Made by a program: the position numbers and the translations under genes | In this document: positions 1 through 9,918 of the stretch, piece after piece | How positions within the stretch are numbered: the first letter of the stretch is position 1 | How the letters are laid out: the number at the start of each line of letters is the position of its first letter | Notes under the pieces: generated by a model | What the model was told of the DNA's origin: nothing | What the model saw: the letters and a program-made list of their open reading frames with translations, nothing else | Database searches by the model: none | Source of the DNA: Mobula hypostoma | Taxonomy: Eukaryota | Direction: 5' to 3' | DNA: 64,000 nt | NCBI RefSeq assembly: GCF_963921235.1 | Contig: NC_086108.1 | Coordinates: 35,156,001 to 35,220,000, forward strand

Positions 1-905
1 ATGGGAGTGGGAAGCAGAGTTGAAGTGGGCGGCTACTGGGAGATCCTGTCTGTTTTGGCGGACGGAGCGGAAGTGCTCGATGAAGTGGTCCCCCAATCTG
101 CATCAGGTTTCACCGATGTAGAGGAGGCTGCACCGGGAGCACCAGATGCAATAGATGACCCCAACAGACTCACAAGTGAAGTGTTGTCTCACCTAGAAGG
201 ACTGTTTGGGGCCCTGAATGGTGGCAAGAGAGGAGGTGTAGGGACAGGTGTAGCACTTGTGCTTACAGGGATAAGTGCCAGGTGGGAGATCTGTGGAAAG
301 GGACGTGTGGACCAGGGAGTCGCGGAGGGACCAATCCCTGCGGAAAGTGGAGAGGGGTGGAGGGGGAAAGATGTGCTTAGTGGTGGGGTCCTGTTGAAGG
401 TGGTGGAAGTTGCAGAGGATAATGTGCTGGATCCGGAGGCTGGTGGGGTGGTAGGTGAGGACAAGGGGAACTCTGTCCCTGTTGCGGTGGCGGGAGGATG
501 GGGTGAGAGCCGAAGTGCGGGAAATGGAGGAGACGCGGGTGAGGGCATCATTGATGACAGCAGAAGGGAAACCACGATTCTTAAAGAAAGAGGACATTTG
601 AGATGTCCTGGAACGGAAAACCTCATCCTTGGAGCAGATGCAGCTGAGACAGAGGAACTGGGAATAGGGAATGGCATTTTTGCATGTGGCAGGGTGGGAA
701 GAGGTATATTTGAGGTAGTTATGAGAGTCAGTGGGCTTGTAGAAGATGTCAGTGGACAGTCTGTCTCCAGACACGGAGACCAAAAGATCGAGAAAGGGGA
801 GAGAAGTGTCTGAGATAGACCAAGTGAATTTGAGGGCTGGGTGGAAGTTAGAAGTAAAGTCGATGAAATTGACGAGCTCAGCACCCTGCACCCATGCCCA
901 AGCAA
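1..905 (-). mobile_element. Penelope-like element fragment (RT C-terminal/thumb, linker, GIY-YIG endonuclease), inactivated
   Basis: ORF 193..924(-) reads NFHPALKFT...LPFLDL...FYKPTDSHNYL...IPYSQF...RVPLVLTYHP. Past a stop codon it continues HFTCESVGVIYCIWCSRCSLLYIGET, a GIY-YIG motif. Confidence 0.85.
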
Positions 906-1564
906 CATTGGCAGCGCCTATCATTCAAGCCAGTCATCTTAATACACAATGGTGTTAAAGTGGGCAATCCTGATCAGAGACTAGTCGGTGAAAGGTTACA
1001 TCTTGTCTGTTGCACCAGGGTAGAAGAGGTTATTGGCATGTTGTTTTACATTCAGTCCTTCAGCTACTCTGCTAGCAAGACGTTGTCACAGGAGGCTACT
1101 GACAAGGGAGCAAGTATTGGAGAAAGGATTGCTCTGTAGTTGGGTATCACATAATTTAGTTCCTGTTGTTTATTTACTATCACTCATTGCCCCTTGTACT
1201 GAATGGCACGGTGGGTTACTTTCAATGCTGATTAAGAGCCAATCACATTGGTTTTAAAAAACATAACTGTTTCAAATATTCAGCAGGTTAGGCAGCATCT
1301 GTAGAGAAAGAAGCAAAAGTGAATGTGGCTGGCTAAAGATCTTTCAAGCAAGGACATTGATAGTTCTGGATCTGGATTGAAATAAAGGCCAGGTTGATTA
1401 AAGGTGAACTATTTTCTTCATTGAATGGCATTAGTCAACAAGATGGACTTAGTAAAAGAAGATATTGGAAGTGAAAACAAACTGCTGGAAACTCTCAGCA
1501 GGTCAGGCAGCATCTGCGGACAAAGACACACTTAGTGTTTCATGTCAGAGATCTTAAATTCAGT

Positions 1565-2230
1565 ATTTTTTTCAATTGATTGATGGGCAGAAGAATAGCA
1601 GATGGAATTTAATCTTGATAAGTGTTAGATGATGCACCGTCAAAAAACTAATAAGATGATTATTGAGGAATGGAGGGAGTTTGGTGTATAAGACCCAAGG
1701 AACCCTGAAGGCAGATGTGGTGTAAGGAAGATAAAAGGGAATAGAATATAGGAGCAAGGAAGTTATGGTACAATTTTATAAAACATTGGCTAAGCTACAG
1801 CTGGGGTATTATGTGCATTTCTGGTCCCTTTATTACAGGAATGATATGATGGGACTGGAGAGGGTGCAGAGGCGACTCACCAGGGCGTTGCCTGGAATGG
1901 AGCATTTTGGTTCAGAGCAGAGACTGCACTTTTTTGCCTTGGAGGGGTGAAAGGCAAAGGAGAACCTGACTGAGTTATACCAAATTGAAGGGAATAGACG
2001 AGTAGGAAACTTCCAGCATAACAGAAATATCAGAAATGGGAGGAAATAAATTCAGGGTAAAAGATAAGAGGGAGCACAAGAAACCGGAGATGAATTTTTT
2101 AATCCAGAGAGTGATTGGAACCTGAAATGCACTCCATGATTCGATAGTGGGGCTGGTAATCTGAACACTAAAGTTTCTGAATGAGTGCTTGAATTGTAAA
2201 GGGTGATATTGCTATATGCCTGGTCAAAGA
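1565..2230 (+). mobile_element. Degenerate CR1 LINE 3' fragment
   Basis: ORF 1765..1950 (QFYKTLAKLQLGYYVHFWSLYYRND..LERVQRRLTR) matches the CR1 ORF2 C-terminal motif LYKxLVRPHLEYCVQFWSP. Confidence 0.75.
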
Positions 2231-2639
2231 GTTAATGTCATGGAACACTCTAGCAAGCCCTTCGGGCCTATCTAGAGCAGGCTGAACTAATAGTCTGCCT
2301 GTTCCCATCGAACTGCATATGGAGCACAGCCCTCTCATCCATGTATCTATTCAAATTCCTCTTAAGTGTTGAAATTGAACCCGCATCTATCACTTCCACT
2401 GACAGCCAGTTCCACCTTCTGAGTGTAGAAATTATTCTTCATGTTCCCCTGAACATTTCATCTTTCACCCCTAACCCATGGCCTCTAGTTGTAGTCCCAA
2501 ACAACCTCAGTGGAAAAAGCCTGCTTGCATTTACCCTACCTATACCCCTCATGATTTTGTATACCTCTATCAAATCTCGCCTCATGCTTCTATGTTCTTG
2601 GGAATAAAGTACTAAGCTATTCAACCTTTCCCTACAAGG

Positions 2640-3337
2640 TTTGTCCATCATCATCGATGAAGACCCCGACACCATTAGTATGTTTTATGAGGTCGAGTTG
2701 CTAGCTCGACACTCAACTCGGCACGGATGGAATGCGTGCCCGGGAGCGGCTCGACTAGATTCGAACTTGGGAACCTTCGCTCCCAGAGTCCGGCGCTGAT
2801 GTCACTGCGCCACCAGCCGGCTTTATGATGGTGCCGAGACTAGCGCGTGATTTGGATTTAAGTGAGGGAGAGTTGCGCAGCATCAGCCTCACTCTCTCCC
2901 CATTTTCCATCTGGATCCAGTGGCAAGACAGAGTTGAGATGGCTGGAGATGGGACTAGGCACAGTGGATGACCAGGACGTCTTCTGTGTCTTGTCATGCT
3001 CTACGCGTTCTACGACGCTTGTAGAGACCGCCTTCTTGACTGTTGGACCTTCCATTGGTCTCGTCCGCTCACTCAGTCAGAGTCTGTCTTCACATGCTGG
3101 GATAGACAACTCCCTATCTCACCAAGGGTTTGAGACCCGTCGGCTTCCCTCACCTGGTTTAGTCGGCTTGTCGAAGCCGTTGCCTGGGGTGTGGCCACTC
3201 TCGCATGCAAACAGCTACGGGGAGCCACAGGTGAGAGCTGAGTGCCAGGTGGGGACCAAAGGTGGACAAACTGCCCTGAAAAGGACGCGACATGTTCCCC
3301 CACCAGAGGTGCTACCCCTCCCTGACGCCCCATACAC
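2640..3337 (-). mobile_element. Non-autonomous retroposon (RTE-type?) with a (GAT)n tail, inserted in CR1
   Basis: GC-richer non-coding insert that splits the CR1 and ends in catcatcatc on the plus strand. Family assignment is tentative. Confidence 0.45.
2684..2821 (-). mobile_element. tRNA-derived SINE (short copy)
   Basis: Minus strand reads GCCGGCTGGTGGCGCAGTG (A box)...GTTCGAATC (B box). Homologous to 7183-7445. Flanked by tttatga on both sides. Confidence 0.7.
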
Positions 3338-4671
3338 TTCTTTAACTCAGGGGACCCTATAACTCAGGTCCTCAACTCCTGGCAATATCCTTGTAAATTT
3401 TCTCTGCAATCTTTCAATCTTATTGACACCTTTCCTGTAGGTCGGTGACCAAAACTGCACACAATACTCCAAATTAGGCCTCACCAATGTCTTGTACAAC
3501 TTCAACATAACATCCTCAATCCTGTACTTAATTACTTTGATTTATGAAGACCAATGTGCCAAAAGTTTTCTTTACAACCTTACCTACCTGTGATGCCACT
3601 TTCAAGGAATTATGGATCTGTATTTCCAATCCCCTCTGTTCTACCATATTCCTCAATGCCCTACTGCTCACCATAAAAGTCCTACCCTAGTTGGTCCTAC
3701 TGAAGTGCAACACCTCACACTTTTCTGTATTAAATTCTATCTGCTATTTTTTGGCTCATTTTCTCAGCTGGTCACCATCCCGCTGCTGGCTCATTCTTAG
3801 AGCCTATCTCAAACAATGGAACAATGCCAACTACCCTCCAATCCTCAAGAAACTCACCTGTGGTTACGGATTTTTTAAATATCTCTGCTAGGGCCCCTGT
3901 AATTTCTGCACTGGCTTTGCACAGCCTCCAAGGGAGTACCTTGTCAGCCACTAGGGATTTATCCACCCTAACTTGCCTCAAGAGAGAAACATCTCCTCCT
4001 CTGTAACCTCGCTGTTGCTTTGACTCACTTGTATAGACTTTTTGTCCATCTCCTGAGTAAACACAGGTACAAAAAAATCCACTTAAGCTCTTCCACATCT
4101 TTTTCAGCTCCATGCATAGATGACCACTCTGATCTTCCAGAACAGCAATTTTGTCCATTGCTATCCTTTTGCTCTTAATATGTCTGTAGAAGTCCTTGGG
4201 ATTCTCCTTCACCTTGTCTGCTAGAGCAACCTCATGCCTTCTTTTGGCCCTCCTGATTTCTCTTAAATTTCTTATACTCCTCTAGTACCTCATTTGCTCC
4301 TTTCTGCCTGTACTTGCTATGCACCACCTTATTTTTCTTAGCTAGGGCCTCAATATCTCTCAAAAATCAAAGTTTCCTAAGCCAGTCATTCTTGCCTTTT
4401 ATTCTGACAGGAACATACAAACTCAATACTCTTATAATTTTACTGTAACTGTGAAATACAATAACCAACAAGCTACATTGAGCTTGTTTGTGGTAAAATC
4501 AGGAAGACCAGCATTGTGAGACCGTTAGTGGCCAAGCCAACTACAGCTTGATTAGACATCCATCCACCGTTTGCACGCCACATTCCCTGCAACGAAACCA
4601 ACTGAAAGTGAATTAAGGAAGGCGCTGGATGATGCCAAAACTGTCTCCATGTTGAACACATGAATTGTTCC

Positions 4672-5340
4672 AAGTTCAAAGTTCAAAGTGAGATTTATTA
4701 TCAGAGGGCATATATGTCAGCACATACAGCCCTGAAATTCTTTTTCCTGTGGGCATACTTAACAAATCTGTGGAATGGTAACTGTAAACAGGATCAATGA
4801 ACAACAAATGCAAATATAAATAAATACCAATAAATAACGAGAACATGAAATAACAAGATAAAGAGTCCTTAAAGTGAGACCATTGGCTGTGGGAACACGA
4901 GAAACAGAATGAGTCTAGTTATCCTCTTTTGTCAAGAACCTAATGGTTCAGAGGTAGTAACTGATTTTAAACCTGATGGTGCGGGTGCCACTTGTACCTT
5001 CTACCTGATGGCAGCAGCTAGAAAAGAGCATTGCCTAGGTGGTGAGTATCTTTGATGATGGATGCTGCTTTTCTATCATTTCATGTGGATGTACTCAATG
5101 GTTGGGGGGCATTTACCCATAATGTACTGGGATGATTCCACTACCTTCTGTAGGATTTTCCATTCAAAGATATTGGTGTTCCCATACCAGGTCGTAATGC
5201 AGCCTATCAATACACTTTCCGCTACACATCTTTGGAAGTTAGCTGAGGTTTTCGATGACATACCGAATCTTTGCCAACTCCAAACGATATAGAGGTGCTG
5301 TCATGCTTTCTTTGCAATTGCATTTATGTGATGTGTCCAG
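4672..5340 (-). mobile_element. Rex1/Babar non-LTR retrotransposon 3' end
   Basis: ORF 5076..5261 [26 protein letters not shown] matches the Rex1 C-terminal motif. (TTTGAAC)n tail at 4672-4690. Confidence 0.75.
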
Positions 5341-6415
5341 GAAAACTAAGAGGTGGTCCGGGAGGCAGAGGAATGGTTACAGGATGGGCCTGAGTCAGTC
5401 AAGCACTCATCTGAGGATCTGAATGACTACACTAGGGCTGTAACAGACTTTATTAAAACAGCTGTAGATGAATATGTCCCCATGAAATTGTTTAGGGTTT
5501 ACCCCAATCAGAAGCCCTAGATGAACAATGAAATCCAGAATCTGATGAGGGCCAGACCAGAGGCATTCAAGTCTGATGATCAACAATGCTACAGGATGTG
5601 CAGGTATGATCTCCAGAAAGCCATCTCATGGGTGAAGTGGAGATTCTGGACTAGACTGGAATCATTGTGGGATGCTCGACAGCTGTGGCAGGATTTGAGT
5701 GCCATAATCTCCTACAAAGATTGAGGAGGGAGGAGAAGATGGCAGTGCGATGCAGAGCGCGCGGCCATTCCGAATGATATTGTATGTGTTAACTAGAGGG
5801 CTGTGCACAATCCTGATTTGATGGAGATAGCCGTGAGAAGCACGGAGGAACACCTGGAGAAACTTCTCAAATGCCTGCTTCGCTGCCGCTGCTACTGTGC
5901 GATCGAGAATCTCCGGAGGGGAAGGCCCCAAATCCTCGGCTTTGCCTATTGCCTGTTGCCAGGGCTGGGATCGAAGCACTCGGCAGAGATGGTGCTCGGT
6001 GTTTGGTGTCGGAGAGCTGGTCGGAGGCTTGGAGTTTTCGGATGGACTGGGAGTCGGACTGTGGTCGGATGCTTCCAGGATGCTGCATCGGCAAGTTGGC
6101 GGCGCTGGAGGTTCACCGTCTGCGTGAGATGGTGGGACTTTTGAGAGACTTTGAGACTTTTTACCGTGCCCATGGTCTGTTCTTTATCAAATTACGGTAT
6201 TGCTTTGCACTGTTGTAACTAAATGTTATAATTATGTGGTTTTTGTCAGTTTTTCAGTCGGTTTGTCATGTGTTTCTGTGATATCATTCTGGAGAAACAT
6301 TGTATCATTTCTTAATACATGCATTACTAAATGACAATAAAAGAGGACTGCATGTCCTCTTAATCGAATCTAAAGTTAAATCCAGCGACATGAGGGCAGC
6401 AGAGCTTCATCCAGC
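5341..6415 (+). mobile_element. Rex1/Babar internal fragment (upstream of RT), split by the insert at 5722-6372
   Basis: PNQKP*MNNEIQNLMRAR..AFKSDD..RYDLQKAI..LWQDLSAIISYK, resuming after the insert as aaagttaaatccagcgac. Confidence 0.65.
5722..6372 (+). mobile_element. Young non-autonomous retroposon (AAGATGGC 5' motif, Rex1-like 3' end)
   Basis: A closely similar second copy lies at 57440-57952. It ends acaataaaagaggactgcatgtcc..aatctaa and interrupts the Rex1 reading frame. Confidence 0.7.
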
Positions 6416-6429
6416 AGAGGACAAAGAGA

Positions 6430-6968
6430 TAGATGTTGGTGCCAGCGTCTGTGCTTCTGGTTGAAAAGCATATGGGACCAAGTAAGGACCATGCTGTGCA
6501 GAGGAATTGTGAAAGTGATGAAAACAGTGGTCTGACTACAACAGTTTTTGTAGGAAACGTATCTGAGAAAGCTTCTGATATGTTAATCAGGCAGTTACTT
6601 GTGAAATGTGGCTTGGTTTTAAACTGGGCGAGAGCTTAAAGAGCTTCAGGAAAGATGCAAGCATTTGGCTTTTGTGAGTATAAAGAACCAGAATCTACTC
6701 TGCATGTATTAAGGTTATTGCTTGAACTACTTGTAAAAGCAAGTACAAAGACTAAAGCCCAGCTGGATGAATGGAAGGCCAAAAAGAAAGGAGTCCATGG
6801 AGATACGAAAACAGGGGATGATGCTGTGGATGAGGAAACCATGAGGAGAGATCAGATCGTAAAGAGAGTAACAGAAGGATTAATCAGAGAATACTCCAGT
6901 GAACTAAATGTACCTTCCCAAGATCAAGGTGCCCAAAATAGAAGAAGAAAAGGGAAAGAGAAAAAAAG
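6430..6968 (+). pseudogene. RBM25: Processed RBM25 (RNA-binding motif protein 25) pseudogene fragment covering the RRM region
   Basis: ENSGLTTTVFVGNVSEKASDMLIRQLLVKCGLVLNW..*..SGKMQAFGFCEYKEPESTL..KTKAQLDEWKAKKK..DEETMRRDQ..LIREYSSELN matches RBM25. No introns, in-frame TAA at 6637-6639, an in-frame deletion after LRLL, and the match ends at the A-rich Lys tract. Confidence 0.9.
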
Positions 6969-7182
6969 TGTATGGAGCTGCCAGAACCACTTCCTGAAAT
7001 CTCTGAGTCACTCTTACAACCAGCAGGAGGCTGCAGAACCTGAGATTGTTTCACAGGCACAAATCTTGCCTAGCAAGTGAAGACATTATCCCACAAGAGT
7101 AAGGAATCCTCCACAGTGACTAAATCTTAGGCCCGAATAGTACAATTTAAAATTTGTTATGCTGTGGATATAGCAGTGGTAC

Positions 7183-7445
7183 TGGCCGGCTGGTAGTGCA
7201 GTGGCATCAGCGCTGGACTTCGGCACGAAGACTCCCAAGTTCAAATCCAAGTCGGGCCACCCCCGGAGCACGCTTTCTATCCGTGCCGGGTTGAGCGTCG
7301 AGCTAGTCACTCGGCCTCGTAAAAAACGAGGGTCAAGTCAGGAATGTTCATATCGTGACCCGGTTAATCTGAAAGGAGACCAATCCTGACACTATGCGCC
7401 AGACAAGAATGGCTGACTGTCTGGTGCGACACGCTAGGAAGGAAA
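7183..7445 (+). mobile_element. tRNA-derived SINE
   Basis: GGCCGGCTGGTAGTGCAGTGG (A box)...GTTCAAATCC (B box). TSD cagtggtac (7174-7182) / cagcggtac (7446-7454). Confidence 0.75.
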
Positions 7446-7475
7446 CAGCGGTACCTTATAGTATATAGTTGAGAT

Positions 7476-7873
7476 TTCTGTTTATAGATTTTGGGCAGGT
7501 AGGGCTCGTCAGCCTTGGATGGCAGTCACCTAAGAGAAGGGAAACTCTGATTTTAAACCTCCGCTGCCTTGTGGCCATACCCATCCATGGGAAAGGCTAC
7601 GGCAGTAAACCCCAAGGAAGAAATCCGGAGCCGGGGTCCCTAAGGCAGTTTGACATTGTTTACAACTTCACTCCGGCAACCTCTGCGACAACATTGGTGC
7701 CAAGCTGTATTGGCAATTGCCCTTCCCTTGGACTACATCGGTGACGTGGAGAGGGGAACCCGCTGTGAATTTTTCTTCAAATCTTCCCACCCAGGCTTAC
7801 TCCCTGGAGAGGACACAGTCCACCAGAGTTGCAAACCCATGATCCCCTGGGATCGACGATTGCCCACTACTAC
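7476..7873 (+). mobile_element. Non-autonomous RTE-type retroposon with an (ACT)n tail
   Basis: Perfect 10-bp TSD tagttgagat at 7466-7475 and 7874-7883. Contains an RTE 5'UTR-like motif (ctaagagaagggaaactctgattttaaacc). Confidence 0.7.
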
Positions 7874-8279
7874 TAGTTGAGATGCACCCTCTGTTGAGTT
7901 GGAGTTACAGCTAAGCAGGTTGTGTATTTAATATTTCAATAATATTTGAGTAATCTTGCATATATGTATTGCTTGATTTAACGTTCTTGTTCATTTAAAT
8001 ATTCCATTACAGTTTATGTGTATAAACTCGTGAATTGCATATGTCATCATGCTACCTTGTGATACATGCGCACCTCTCTTAAAGTACACAGGATGTTAGA
8101 CCGGCGTTTCAGATGCTGTGTCTTCCTTTGAATTAGTTTAATGTTTTGAAGTTGCAAAACATAACTCTAACCACTCTGGCTTTCCTCTGCTAGTTCAAAT
8201 ACCACAAAACTCCAGTGACATGGGTTCATTCGTGACCTCCAATGTTCTCTGCTTGGAATTCTTGTCAGGGAGGGGAGCT

Positions 8280-8560
8280 AAAGACAAGAGAGGCATACTG
8301 TAGGTTTAAGGTCAGAGGTGAGATATTTAAAAAGGATATATGAACAAATTCTTCACGCAAAGTTTGGAATGAACTTTGAGAAATAGTCAATGAAACAGAC
8401 ACATTAGCAACGTCCAAGCGCTGTCTAGATAAGTACATGGATACGAGATGTTTAGAGGGCTATGGGTCAAACATGGGCAAATGGGACTAGCTCACTGGGC
8501 AACATAGTCATTTAGGCCGACAGGCCCATTTCCATACTGTATGCCAAAAAGACCATGAGA
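8280..8560 (+). mobile_element. CR1 3' end fragment
   Basis: ctagataagtacatggata..tttagagggctatgggtcaaacatgggcaaatgggactag is a typical CR1 ORF2 end/3'UTR. Confidence 0.65.
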
Positions 8561-9115
8561 TTATAGGACATAGGAACAGAATTAGTCCATTCTGCCCATT
8601 GAGTCTAACCTAGCCCTCCATCATGGCTGATTTATTATCCTTCTCCCCGTAGCCTTTGATGCCCTGATTAATCAAGAACCTATCAACCTCCACATTATGT
8701 ATATGCAAAGACTTGGACTGCACAGCCTTCTGTGGCAAAAAAAAATCCATAGATTCACCACCCTCTGGCTAAAGAAATGTTTCCACATTCTGTTCTAAGT
8801 GGACATCCCTCAATTCTGAGGCTGTGGCCTTTGGTTCTAGGCTGTTCCACTACAGGAAACATCCTTGCCACATCCACACTCTCCAGAACCTTGAATATCT
8901 GATAGATTTCGATTAGATCCGCCCTCATTCTTCTAAGCTGCAGCAAGTACAGGTCTAGAGCCATCAAATGTTTCTCAAATATTAACCCTTTCATTCCTGG
9001 GATAATTGTCATGAATCTCCACTGGACTCTCTCCAATGTCGTCACATCCTTTCTTAAATATAGGGTCCAAAGCTGCTTATAATACTCCAAGTGGGGCCTC
9101 ACCAATATCTTATAA

Positions 9116-9918
9116 CAGTGGTCCCTAACCACCGGGCCGTGGACCGGTATCAGGCCGCAAAGCATGTGCTACTGGGCCGCAAGAAAACAATATGATTTGG
9201 CGATATGAAACGATATGAGTCAGCTGTACCTTTCCTCATTCCCTGTCACGCACTGTTGAACTTGAACATAGGGTTGCCAGCTGTCCCGTATCAGCTGGGA
9301 CATCCCGTATATTGGGCTAAATTGGTTTGTCCCATGCGGGACTGCCATTGTCCTGTATTTCCCCCGCTAATGTAGAGCGTTCCTATGAAACCTTTCGTGC
9401 CGAAATGGCGTAAAGCGAAGAAGCAATTACCATTAATTTATATGCGAAAATTTTTTGAGCGTTCCCAGACCAACAAAAACCTTCCAAATCATACCAAATA
9501 ACATATAAAACCTAAAATAACACTAACATATAGTAAAAGCAGGAATGATATGATAAATACATAGCCTATATAAAGTAGAAATAATGTATGTACAGTGTAG
9601 TTTCACTTAACAGAATCGGGAAGCTTAAGTCAAAACCGATTCTTAGAAAAAAATCAGCACGTACACGCAAGTGTACATCACGTATGTACACGTCACGCAT
9701 GCGCACACAGGTGCCCGCGCAAGGCTTCATGGTCATGGTAGTCTTTCTCGGGGTAAACACCAGTGTCCCATATTTGACTGCTACTTTTGTCCCTTATTTG
9801 GGAGTGAGAAAGTTGGCAACCCTACTTGAACTCCCCCACCCCCACCCCGTCGGCCGGTCCGCAAGAATATTGTCAATATTAAACCGGTCCACAGTGCGAA
9901 AAAGGTTGGGGACCCCTG
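9116..9918. mobile_element. hAT (Charlie-like) non-autonomous DNA transposon inserted in CR1
   Basis: TIRs cagtggtccctaacc / ggttggggacccctg. Diverged 8-bp flanks tcttataa / aattacaa. Confidence 0.75.
9269..9824. mobile_element. Nested hAT-type MITE
   Basis: TIRs tagggttgcca / tggcaacccta. 8-bp TSD cttgaaca / cttgaact. Confidence 0.8.

Larger units (their letters stand above)
2230..4430 (-). mobile_element. CR1 LINE, internally deleted, interrupted at about 2635-3355
   Basis: ORFs 2439..2675 (RRDLIEVYKIMRGI) and 3772..4212 (KENPKDFYRHIKSKR...EDWRVVGIVPLF) are CR1 ORF2 pieces. The host resumes at ccctataactcagg (~3355). Confidence 0.8.
6969..8166 (+). mobile_element. Gypsy-type LTR retrotransposon 3' end plus putative LTR (about 7921-8166), with two younger inserts
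   Basis: 7081-7130 reads RHYPTRVRNPPQ*LNL, resembling the RRYPxRxRxPPxRL C-terminus of vertebrate Gypsy pol. It is followed by an AT-rich TG...CATAAC block. Confidence 0.5.

Noticed and set aside
1..813. 270-aa plus-strand ORF
   Set aside because: It is the antisense shadow of the Penelope ORF and has no independent protein signature.
6655..7080. 141-aa ORF as a functional RBM25 gene
   Set aside because: Upstream in-frame stop, an internal deletion in the RRM, no introns, and an unrelated C-terminus.
7183..7260. tRNA-like sequences here, at 2750-2821 and at 58600-58675
   Set aside because: They are SINE heads with attached bodies (and TSD-like flanks at two of them); no proper acceptor stem or cloverleaf.
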